From positions 1-52,205 of the forward strand of contig JAGAVP010000034.1 in assembly GCA_017941835.1 (NCBI GenBank): 52,205 nt of DNA, read 5' to 3'. Of this stretch, positions 28,230 through 36,422 are shown piece after piece. The notes beneath the pieces are model-generated. The model was not told where the DNA came from, did not search any database, and saw only the letters and a program-made list of their open reading frames with translations. Within the stretch, counting starts at the first letter, position 1, and each line of letters begins with the position of its first letter. Made by a program: the position numbers and the translations under genes. This DNA comes from Candidatus Saccharimonadota bacterium. Its GTDB lineage: Bacteria > Patescibacteriota > Saccharimonadia > Saccharimonadales > Saccharimonadaceae.

Positions 28230-28754
28230 ATGAAAAAGTTTTTCTGTATTTCGCTTTCTGTCGTCTTCCTGCTTGGTATTTTCCTGCCTCTGCCTGTTTC
28301 TGCCCTCTCTCCAGAGCAATCTAGTGACCTCGTTCAAAATTGCGCCACTATTAAACAATCTCTTCGCACGCTTCAGCGAGCCGATGCTCGCTCGCGCTCC
28401 TATCTTGGCTCCGCGTATGAGACGATTCTCTCAAAATTTATCACTCCACTCAACCTCCGCCTGATTAACATTAACCAGCCTAATGCCAATCTTACTACTA
28501 TCCATTCTAACATTATCGAGACCCGTAAAAACTTCATCTCCGAGTACACGACCTACAGCCAGGCGCTTGAAGATTTAATCGCCTCCGATTGCTATAATCA
28601 CCCCGAAGAATTTTACACCAAGCTCCAAGACACTCGCAGGAAGCGTGCCAATCTCTCCTCTACCACCACAACTCTACGCAACCTCTTTTCGGAATATCTT
28701 ACTGGCGTTCGCAAATTAAAAAATACTCTAGGAGCAGACGATGGAAAAGACTGA
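28230..28754 (+). CDS. Hypothetical secreted helical protein
   Basis: Signal peptide ending PVSA-LS, two mature Cys; TGCTATAAT 7 nt before ATG. Confidence 0.75.
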   Translation: MKKFFCISLSVVFLLGIFLPLPVSALSPEQSSDLVQNCATIKQSLRTLQRADARSRSYLGSAYETILSKFITPLNLRLININQPNANLTTIHSNIIETRKNFISEYTTYSQALEDLIASDCYNHPEEFYTKLQDTRRKRANLSSTTTTLRNLFSEYLTGVRKLKNTLGADDGKD

Positions 28755-29094
28755 ACCCGCTAATCGTAACCTCCTTATCCTCGGTATTTTGTCTGTTGGC
28801 GTAGCTGTCATTACTACCGTAATTAGCCTCATTCTTTACCATAATTCCGGAGATATCTATCTTGATCGTTCTCGGCCGGGTTTTCTTCCGAGTGAGGATG
28901 AGGTTCAAGAATTGCCAGAAAAAGACTACGCCTTTCAGTCATCTGGCATCTTGACCGAGCAAGACCTCGATGAATATATCAAGAACTTCCAAGAGGTAAT
29001 CGATTATATTGATGATCTAGAGAGTCCATTCTCTGAAGCGCCCCTTTCTGATAATTCACTTGGCATCCCACCGGAGCCAAGCCCTGCAGAATAA
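28741..29094 (+). CDS. Hypothetical membrane-anchored protein
   Basis: TM followed by SGDIYLDRSRPG; AGGAG RBS. Confidence 0.72.
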   Translation: MEKTEPANRNLLILGILSVGVAVITTVISLILYHNSGDIYLDRSRPGFLPSEDEVQELPEKDYAFQSSGILTEQDLDEYIKNFQEVIDYIDDLESPFSEAPLSDNSLGIPPEPSPAE

Positions 29095-29152
29095 GCTTTA
29101 CTTTTCATCACCTCCGCACTATACTTAAAAATAACAAAAAGTGGAGGTAAAA

Positions 29153-29287
29153 ATGTCATACGTTATTCGTGATGCTTCGGGTTGGGCGACACATCGCATA
29201 GAGACTGCCGCCAACGGAGTTGATTCTGTCATCGTCAACCTCCAAACTGGCTGGGTCGAAGGCCGCATCGAAGGCGGCGCACTCTAA
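29153..29287 (+). CDS. Unannotated 44-aa protein MSYVIRDASGWATHRIETAANGVDSVIVNLQTGWVEGRIEGGAL
   Basis: GGAGGT RBS, own promoter TTTACT-17-TATACT, internal GWxxxRIE repeat. Confidence 0.7.
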   Translation: MSYVIRDASGWATHRIETAANGVDSVIVNLQTGWVEGRIEGGAL

Positions 29288-29373
29288 AGCTCTCAAGACT
29301 AGCACAAGCACATTGACTTTTTTGTTGTTTTGTGCTAGAATTAGAGAGAACCATGTAAATGGATTGATTTTCT

Positions 29374-29883
29374 ATGAAAGACGAGAAACTACCAATTCTA
29401 GGATCTAACACCCTTGTTTCGATTTGTGGCCGCGAGAATGTCCCAGCCAAGATCGATACCGGTGCTGATTCCTCTTCAATATGGGTCTCCCATCTTCGTA
29501 TCGATGAGGATGGTATCCTAAAATTTCGCCTTTTTGGCGAGGGGAGCCCATTTTATAATGGCAAAGTTATTAAACGCAAAGATTACAAAGTCGCCATAGT
29601 TCGCAGCGCCACTGGTGAAGAGCAAATACGTTATCGTACCCATCTCACCATTAGAATCGCCGGCAAAAAAATCAATGCGCTTTTCAATCTTTCTGACCGT
29701 AGTCGTAACAATTTTCCAATCCTGATTGGGCGCCGTAGCATTTCTGGTAAATTCCTCGTCGACGTTTCAAAAGCCGAAATCCCCCGCCCTCCCAAGAACC
29801 AGAAAACGGGGCCACTGACCAGAGAATTAAAAAATAACCCACGAGAATTTTACAAAAAATACTCAAAGAAAGGAGAGAAATAA
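29374..29883 (+). CDS. RimK-associated retropepsin-like protease
   Basis: PAKIDTGADSSSI, VRSATG, LSDRS, FPILIGR, FLVDVS; directly upstream of rimK. Confidence 0.88.
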   Translation: MKDEKLPILGSNTLVSICGRENVPAKIDTGADSSSIWVSHLRIDEDGILKFRLFGEGSPFYNGKVIKRKDYKVAIVRSATGEEQIRYRTHLTIRIAGKKINALFNLSDRSRNNFPILIGRRSISGKFLVDVSKAEIPRPPKNQKTGPLTRELKNNPREFYKKYSKKGEK

Positions 29884-30791
29884 TGAAAATTGCAATCTTA
29901 AGTAACGGCAATGCCAACTATTCTACTAAGCGTCTTGTCGAAGAAGCTGAAGCCCGTGGTCATGAAGTCAAAGTCATTAAGTATAAAAACTGCTATCTCT
30001 CCATGGATGAAAAACACCCAGATGTCTACTACCATGGCAAAAAGCTTTCCGGTTTCGATGCAATTATCCCACGTATTTCTAACGGCATGACCCGCTATGG
30101 CTGTGCCGTCGTCCGCCAGTTTGAGATGCAAGGCATGTGGACCGCTTCTAGCTCTATCGCTATTACTCGTTCTCGCGATAAACTCCGCTCTGCTCAGATT
30201 CTCACTAAATACGGTGTCGATACGCCAAAAACTCTTGTTTCTAGAAACAGCGCCGACATTGACGACCTTCTTGATCACATCGGTCTTCCAGTCATCATCA
30301 AGCTCGCTACCGGTACCCACGGTAACGGCGTCGTTCTTGCTGAGACCAAGAAGGCTGCCAAATCCGCCCTCCAGGCTTTCTACCTCTATAATGAGGACGG
30401 CACTAACATTCTCCTCCAGGAATACATTGAAGAATCTGCCGGCACCGACATCCGTGCCTTTGTCGTTGGTTCTCGTGTTGTTGCCAGTATGCAGAGAAAA
30501 TCCCTGGACGATGATTTCCGCTCCAACCTTCACAAAGGCGGCGAGGGAACTATCATTAAGCTTACCGACGAAGAGAAAAAACTCGCTATTAATGCCGCTA
30601 AAGCCATGGGTCTACACATTGCCGGCGTCGACCTCATGCGCTCCGCTCGTGGACCACTTGTCCTAGAAGTCAATTCTTCCCCAGGATTCGGCATCGAAAA
30701 AATCACCGGTAGAAACGTCGCCGCCAAAATCATTGAATACGTTGAGCACAACGCTGCCCGCAAAAACTCCAAAGACAAAGTTGGTGCTTAA
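29883..30791 (+). CDS. rimK: RimK-family ATP-grasp glutamate ligase
   Basis: MKIAILS, YSTKRL, DAIIPRI, SRDKLRS, QEYIEE, DIRAFVVG, FRSNLHKGG, EVNSSPG. Confidence 0.93.
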   Translation: MKIAILSNGNANYSTKRLVEEAEARGHEVKVIKYKNCYLSMDEKHPDVYYHGKKLSGFDAIIPRISNGMTRYGCAVVRQFEMQGMWTASSSIAITRSRDKLRSAQILTKYGVDTPKTLVSRNSADIDDLLDHIGLPVIIKLATGTHGNGVVLAETKKAAKSALQAFYLYNEDGTNILLQEYIEESAGTDIRAFVVGSRVVASMQRKSLDDDFRSNLHKGGEGTIIKLTDEEKKLAINAAKAMGLHIAGVDLMRSARGPLVLEVNSSPGFGIEKITGRNVAAKIIEYVEHNAARKNSKDKVGA

Positions 30792-30811
30792 GGTTATGTT
30801 ATAATTAAAGC

Positions 30812-31258
30812 ATGATTCTGATTGCTTTACTTGTTGGTCTCTTCGTCTTATTCTTTTTCATCCGCCATCATACCGGACCGGCGCATCTTGCAATGATTGC
30901 TGGCCTTTCCGTCTACCAAATGTTTGGCACGGACTTCGCCGGCTGGATTCATAAGGCCATTTCCGGCTTTCCACTTGAGATTATTCAGTCTGGCGTCTTC
31001 ATTACGCTGATTCTAGTTTTTCCACTCTTGCTCTATCTTCGCTCTTCGCGCGGCGGCATGTTCGGCATCCTTCGCATTGGCGAAGCGGCGGTTTTTGCTG
31101 CGCTCCTTACCGCGCTTCTCTCCACCACTGTCTCGCAATATATCGGCTTCGATCAAATTTCCGTCCAAATCGCGGGTTTCATCAAATCCATTGAAGGTCC
31201 ACTTGTCCTAGTCGGTGTCCTCACCGCCTATTTTGACCTATTGATGTATCATGACTAA
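30812..31258 (+). CDS. Hypothetical polytopic membrane protein
   Basis: Several hydrophobic segments; TGTTATAAT 6 nt before ATG. Confidence 0.72.
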   Translation: MILIALLVGLFVLFFFIRHHTGPAHLAMIAGLSVYQMFGTDFAGWIHKAISGFPLEIIQSGVFITLILVFPLLLYLRSSRGGMFGILRIGEAAVFAALLTALLSTTVSQYIGFDQISVQIAGFIKSIEGPLVLVGVLTAYFDLLMYHD

Positions 31259-31439
31259 TTCCATCATGCTCACGCTTGCCGTTAGCAGTACGTTCGTGTT
31301 ATGTTGGACATGTGACGCAGTGGGAAGGTCTTATAATATTGATGCTGATTTCGGCTGGTAATCAGCTGAGGGTGTGGAGAGTATCAATAAAAAATTACTG
31401 TTCCGAGTAGTAATAGGTGCTCTTAGGAAGGAGAAAGCT

Positions 31440-31517
31440 ATGAGGAAAACTCTAACGATTTCCGTTTTGTTTGGGCTAATCACGATTAGAACGACAAAAA
31501 CTAAGAGATCCGCCTAA
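31440..31517 (+). CDS. Unannotated 25-aa basic/hydrophobic peptide MRKTLTISVLFGLITIRTTKTKRSA (candidate type I toxin)
   Basis: AAGGAG RBS 7 nt upstream; embedded in a highly base-paired intergenic region. Confidence 0.6.
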   Translation: MRKTLTISVLFGLITIRTTKTKRSA

Positions 31518-31572
31518 AGGCGAATCTCACACGTAACACAAGAACGATATTTACTCGGAGTATCGTTCGACG
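31496..31572 (-). ncRNA. Predicted ~77-nt antisense RNA (candidate antitoxin)
   Basis: Minus-strand promoter TTGCTA(31606-31601)-17-TACAAT(31583-31578) with TG extension; 5' hairpin 31542-31568; terminator hairpin 31505-31528 followed by TTAGTTTTT. Confidence 0.6.
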
Positions 31573-31614
31573 GCTCTATTGTATCATGCTTATGGAAAAA
31601 TAGCAAGTACCACT

Positions 31615-33066
31615 ATGCAAAAACTTCACCCCTCATACATCGTCATTGGCTTCGCTCTCGGCATCCTCGCCGGCGCGATTTTGGTTGCGGTGATTCACAC
31701 CGCTTTTTTCATATCCTTCTTGTGGCTATTTTTAGCACTAGCACTTTTTATTATCGCCCTTATTACTTCTCGCAAAATTAGTATCATCCTTGCCCTTATC
31801 GCCGGCATTATTCTGATTTTCTTTCGCGCTGCCCCATCCTATGTTTCTGAAAATTATATCAATCAAATCATTGGCCAGGCCGTGACCATTTCTGGCACCA
31901 TTTCCAAAGACCCCGACGAATCTAACGGCAAATATAATCTCAAACTCGTAAATCTACTTTTGGAAACTCCAAGCGGCCCTCAAAATATCGAGGGCACACT
32001 TTTTACGCAGGTCACGAATAAGGACCTTCAACGCTCAGACAGAATTACGATAAGTGGGGAATTATCGTCCGGCTTCGGCTCTTTCGTTGCCACCATTTAT
32101 CGCCCAGAAATCAAGGAAGTTAGTCGTCCCGAGCCCGGCGACGTTTTCCTAAAATTACGTAATTTCTTTGCTGAAAAGATCAAAGCACATATCCCCGAGC
32201 CAGAAAGCGGTCTTGCACTCGGCTACCTACTTGGCCAAAAAACTGGCGTCGACAAGTCCTTCCAGGAGACCTTACAGCTCATCGGCCTAACCCATATCAT
32301 AGTTGCTTCCGGCGCCCATCTTTCCACACTCACGGGCTTTGCCAGAAAAATCTTTGGAAAACTTTCGCGTTTTGCTAGCTTCCTTGTCGCTATTTCCGCC
32401 ACACTTTTCTTCATCGGCATTACCGGGCTCTCTGCTAGCATGCTTCGGGCTGGACTCGTTACGGGTCTTTCGCTCCTTTTGTGGTATTTTGGCCGGGAAA
32501 TCCATCCACTTCGTCTCATTATCCTGATCGCTGCAGTGACGATTATTTACAATCCCTTTTATGTTTCTGACCTCGCCTGGCTACTCTCGTTTCTGTCCTT
32601 TTCCGCTATCCTGGTCCTCGCTCCTACTATCGTCAAATTTCTCTACGGCAAAGACAAAACTCCAAATTTTGTTTTCAGCACGCTCATTTCGTCTCTTGCT
32701 GCCGCGCTTCTCACCTTGCCAGTTCTACTCTACTATTTTGGCCAGATTTCTTTTATTTCCGTTTTTGCTAATCTCATGATTCTCCCTACCGTCTCCATCG
32801 TCATGGGTATGACTTTTCTAACTGGCGCTTTTGCCCTTTTTCTTCCGCCGCTTGCGGGTTTGTTTGGACACCTCACGACGATAATCATAGATTATCAGAT
32901 GAACGTCGCCAAGTTTTTTGCCGAGCAAAAAAGTTTTCTCCTCCAAACCGAGCCAAATAACCCGCTGATGTTTCTACTCTATCTTCCAATTATTGTTGTA
33001 ATTTTTACAACACTTATTCTAAAGCATATTAAAGGCCGAAAAACCGCTGAAATCGTCGCTAAATAA
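31615..33066 (+). CDS. comEC: ComEC/Rec2 competence channel (no C-terminal metallo-beta-lactamase domain)
   Basis: GYLLG, GLTHIIVASGAHL, SASMLRA, WLLSFLS, ANLMILP; start ATG 31615 inferred. Confidence 0.9.
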   Translation: MQKLHPSYIVIGFALGILAGAILVAVIHTAFFISFLWLFLALALFIIALITSRKISIILALIAGIILIFFRAAPSYVSENYINQIIGQAVTISGTISKDPDESNGKYNLKLVNLLLETPSGPQNIEGTLFTQVTNKDLQRSDRITISGELSSGFGSFVATIYRPEIKEVSRPEPGDVFLKLRNFFAEKIKAHIPEPESGLALGYLLGQKTGVDKSFQETLQLIGLTHIIVASGAHLSTLTGFARKIFGKLSRFASFLVAISATLFFIGITGLSASMLRAGLVTGLSLLLWYFGREIHPLRLIILIAAVTIIYNPFYVSDLAWLLSFLSFSAILVLAPTIVKFLYGKDKTPNFVFSTLISSLAAALLTLPVLLYYFGQISFISVFANLMILPTVSIVMGMTFLTGAFALFLPPLAGLFGHLTTIIIDYQMNVAKFFAEQKSFLLQTEPNNPLMFLLYLPIIVVIFTTLILKHIKGRKTAEIVAK

Positions 33067-33209
33067 AACGCCTATGCTTGCACTCCAAAGCTCATGCATG
33101 CTAGTCTAAGACTAGCTTCGCCATTCATGTAGATGTCTGGCCGGAATCTCTTATGATTTTGTCCGTGGAGCAAAAAGTAAGATATAATATATATCAAAGG
33201 AGCAAAATC

Positions 33210-34235
33210 ATGGCAAAAAAATCTGAAAAAAACGAAGAAAAACCAGTAAGTGGCAAAAGTCAGGCCTTAAGTCTCGCCATCGCCCAAATCACTAAACAAT
33301 TTGGTGATGGCTCCATTATGAAACTCGGAGAAGCCAGAAAAATTGATGTTGAATTACTTCCGTCGGGTTCTCTCTCGCTTGATCTCGCCTTGGGTGGCGG
33401 TTATCCAAAAGGCCGTATTATCGAAATTTACGGCCCAGAATCATCGGGTAAAACTACCTTAGCTCTCCACGCGATTGCGGAGATACAAAAGCAAGGTGGT
33501 CAGGCTGCCTTCATTGATGCTGAGCACGCCCTAGACCCAGCCTACGCCAAACGAATTGGCGTCAATACTGCCGATTTGCTAATCTCTCAGCCAGACAACG
33601 GTGAACAGGCTCTCGAAATCTGTGAGACCCTCGTCCGTTCTGGCGCGGTTGATTTAATCGTGGTGGACTCCGTCGCTGCTCTCGTGCCGCAGGCCGAAAT
33701 TGATGGCGACATGGGCGATGCTCAGATGGGTCTCCAAGCTCGTCTCATGAGCCAGGCGATGAGAAAACTCACGGGTATCATTAGCAAGTCCAAAGCCACT
33801 GTGATTTTCATTAACCAGATTCGTATGAAAATCGGTGTCATGTTTGGCAACCCAGAAACAACTACCGGCGGTAATGCTCTCAAATTCTACGCATCCGTCC
33901 GTATGGATATTCGTCGCATTGGCCAGATTAAAGACGGTGATAACATTTCCGGCAACCGTACCAAGGTCAAGATTGTCAAGAACAAGATTGCCGCCCCATT
34001 CCGCACGGCGGAATTTGACATCATGTACAATGAAGGCATTTCCAAGACTGGCGACATTCTCGACCTTGCTATTGAATACGGCATCCTAGAAAAATCTGGC
34101 GCCTTCGTGAAGTATAACGGCGAAACTCTCGGCCAAGGCCGCGAAGCTGTGAAAAAGCTTTTCAAAGAAAATCCAAAATTAATGTCTGAGATAGAAGCCA
34201 AAGTCCGCGCCGCCGCTTTGCCGAAGGTTGATTAG
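33210..34235 (+). CDS. recA: Recombinase RecA
   Basis: [46 protein letters not shown]; AAAGGAG RBS. Confidence 0.98.
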   Translation: MAKKSEKNEEKPVSGKSQALSLAIAQITKQFGDGSIMKLGEARKIDVELLPSGSLSLDLALGGGYPKGRIIEIYGPESSGKTTLALHAIAEIQKQGGQAAFIDAEHALDPAYAKRIGVNTADLLISQPDNGEQALEICETLVRSGAVDLIVVDSVAALVPQAEIDGDMGDAQMGLQARLMSQAMRKLTGIISKSKATVIFINQIRMKIGVMFGNPETTTGGNALKFYASVRMDIRRIGQIKDGDNISGNRTKVKIVKNKIAAPFRTAEFDIMYNEGISKTGDILDLAIEYGILEKSGAFVKYNGETLGQGREAVKKLFKENPKLMSEIEAKVRAAALPKVD

Positions 34236-34241
34236 TGGAAT

Positions 34242-35015
34242 ATGGAAATAGTTAAGCTCACGTCGTCTCGTGAGGAGCTTGATGTCACGCACCCGTACCT
34301 AGTCACCGCCATTAAACCAGCCGTACGCGTCGAAAACCGTGTCAATATTTTCATTAACGACAAATATGATTTTTCGCTAGACATCGCCCAGGTCGTCGAC
34401 CTCCATTTGAAAGTTGGCAAACGTCTCACGACGCGCGAGCTAAACGATTGTCGTCATGCTTCTGAATTTGGCAAGCTCTACCAGCATACCTTGGAGTATG
34501 TTTTGACGCGTCCACACTCTGTTAAGGAAACTTATGACCATTTAAAGCAGCGTCTTAAAAAACGCGAGCTCACTAACCGTCAAGCCGTCAACAACCGTAA
34601 GCGTCCAAAAGAAGATAGGGAAAGATTCAAACTCCGCACGCGTGAGCTTCCGCTCTATACTGACCAAGACATTGACGCCGTAATTTCTCGCTTGCAGGAA
34701 AAAGGCTATCTAGACGACCAAAAATTTGCCAACTATTATGTCGAAAATCGCTACTACAAAAAAGGTATCAGCAAAAAACGCTTGCGAAACGAGCTTCAGA
34801 AAAAAGGCATTAGCTCCGACATTATAGAAAGCACTTTTAACGCGTCAACACGCTCTGATGCCGAAGAAATCCAAAAAATCATTCAGAAAAAGCAACATAA
34901 ATATACTGCCGAAAAACTTATTGCTTACTTGCTTCGTCAAGGCTTTGACTATCAGCAGGCGAAAGACGCGGTTCTCGAAACGGATTCACAAAATTCGGCA
35001 CAAAATCTTCTTTAG
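34242..35015 (+). CDS. recX: Regulatory protein RecX
   Basis: Follows recA; NRVNIFIND, RPHSVKE, GYLDDQKFA, ELQKKGI, YLLRQGF. Confidence 0.88.
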   Translation: MEIVKLTSSREELDVTHPYLVTAIKPAVRVENRVNIFINDKYDFSLDIAQVVDLHLKVGKRLTTRELNDCRHASEFGKLYQHTLEYVLTRPHSVKETYDHLKQRLKKRELTNRQAVNNRKRPKEDRERFKLRTRELPLYTDQDIDAVISRLQEKGYLDDQKFANYYVENRYYKKGISKKRLRNELQKKGISSDIIESTFNASTRSDAEEIQKIIQKKQHKYTAEKLIAYLLRQGFDYQQAKDAVLETDSQNSAQNLL

Positions 35016-35523
35016 TCGCACGTTCTCGTATTTTTGATTCTTCATCCTTCACAATGATTTTATCGTCCGTAATTTTGATGACTTCATTCTTGGAAATCAC
35101 AAGCTCTGGATCCATAAAGGATTTGAAGAATGGCCTCCTGACGACCAACTGTTGCACAAAAAATCCATCCGTGTCTACCATAAAACTACTGACTTTGCCA
35201 AGGTTGCTGCCTTTTTTGCTCTCCACCTTCATCCCCTCAAGCGCAAAATTAAGGTCTATGATTTCTTGGAGCTTTATAACCTCATTAGCATTTACAAAAT
35301 CATCGCTTGAATCCACCACCATCCCGACACTAGAGAATTCCCGGACGTCTTCCGCCTTGAGATAGTCTCCAGACTGTGTTCCAACTTCTGGACCGTAGAG
35401 TCTAAAAGCTGCAATTTTCAAATCATTCGGGTCGACAATCAGCTCACTTGTTTTTGCAATCATCCCAGCCATATGTAAGGATAGAATCGGATAATTGATG
35501 AGTCTACTAGATTCGATTATCAT
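34918..35523 (-). CDS. PRC-barrel domain protein
   Basis: Two PRC-like repeats (LIVDPNDLKI; GMKVESKKGSNLGKV); TGCTATAAT 6 nt before ATG. Confidence 0.75.
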   Translation of the reverse strand: MIIESSRLINYPILSLHMAGMIAKTSELIVDPNDLKIAAFRLYGPEVGTQSGDYLKAEDVREFSSVGMVVDSSDDFVNANEVIKLQEIIDLNFALEGMKVESKKGSNLGKVSSFMVDTDGFFVQQLVVRRPFFKSFMDPELVISKNEVIKITDDKIIVKDEESKIRERATKEDFVPNFVNPFREPRLSPADSQSLDEASKQ

Positions 35524-35580
35524 ATTTTTATTATAGCACGAGCGACAAGGAATTAAACTTTCATGTTATAATTATGCAAT

Positions 35581-36414
35581 ATGAAGAAGATTTTGGCAAT
35601 TTCTGGCGGTATCGATTCGATGTGCTTGCTGGATATGTTCAAGAATGACCCTGAGGCGATCGTTGCGCATTTTAATCATGGCACTCGTCCATCCAGCGAC
35701 GACGATCAGCTCTTTGTTGCTTCATTTGCCAAAAAATATCAACTGCCATTCTACACAAAAAAATCTATTCTTGGGCCCGACGTTTCCGAAGCCGATGCTA
35801 GGGCTGCCCGCTATGATTTCTTGAATGAACTAGCCGAAGAACTGAATGGAAAAATCTATACCGCGCATCACTTGAATGATTTGTTTGAATCAATTGCAAT
35901 TAATATTGCTCGCGGTACCGGCTGGCGTGGACTGACTCCGTTTAATAACAGTACTATTGAGCACCCTCTGCTTCATTTTTCTAAAGCGGAAATTTATTGC
36001 TACGCTTATGCAAATGGAATTGTTTATAGACAAGACCCCACCAATACGGATAGTAGTTATTTGCGGAACCGTCTACGTCCAGCAATTGCTGCTATGATTA
36101 TTGAACAACCAGACCTTGCCGAAAAACTCCATAGTCTCTATCTCAAGCAGACCGAAATTCGTCAAGAAATTGAAACACTTTCCGAAGCACTCCTACCTAG
36201 AGCCGGTACTTATCCACGCGCAGCTTTCACGGCGCTTGACGATGCCACGGCTATAGAATTGTTACGCCAAGTCTTGGCATCGCACCAGATTTCAGTCACA
36301 CGTCCTAAACTGCATGATTTTTTGGACGCAATTCGCACCTACCGTCCTGGTAAGCAATTTAACCTGCCAAAAGATCGCCTAGTTAGGTTTAATAAAACCA
36401 GTTTTATGTTATAA
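35581..36414 (+). CDS. tilS: tRNA(Ile)-lysidine synthetase, compact form
   Basis: AISGGIDSM, AHFNHG, EADARAARY, TAHHLND, DPTN, RNRLR. Confidence 0.93.
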   Translation: MKKILAISGGIDSMCLLDMFKNDPEAIVAHFNHGTRPSSDDDQLFVASFAKKYQLPFYTKKSILGPDVSEADARAARYDFLNELAEELNGKIYTAHHLNDLFESIAINIARGTGWRGLTPFNNSTIEHPLLHFSKAEIYCYAYANGIVYRQDPTNTDSSYLRNRLRPAIAAMIIEQPDLAEKLHSLYLKQTEIRQEIETLSEALLPRAGTYPRAAFTALDDATAIELLRQVLASHQISVTRPKLHDFLDAIRTYRPGKQFNLPKDRLVRFNKTSFML

Positions 36415-36422
36415 TATAAACA

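Noticed and set aside
33067-33209. SOS/LexA box upstream of recA
   Set aside because: No GAAC-N4-GTTC or CTGT-N8-ACAG match seen; only a small GCTAGTC-taa-GACTAGC palindrome of unknown meaning.
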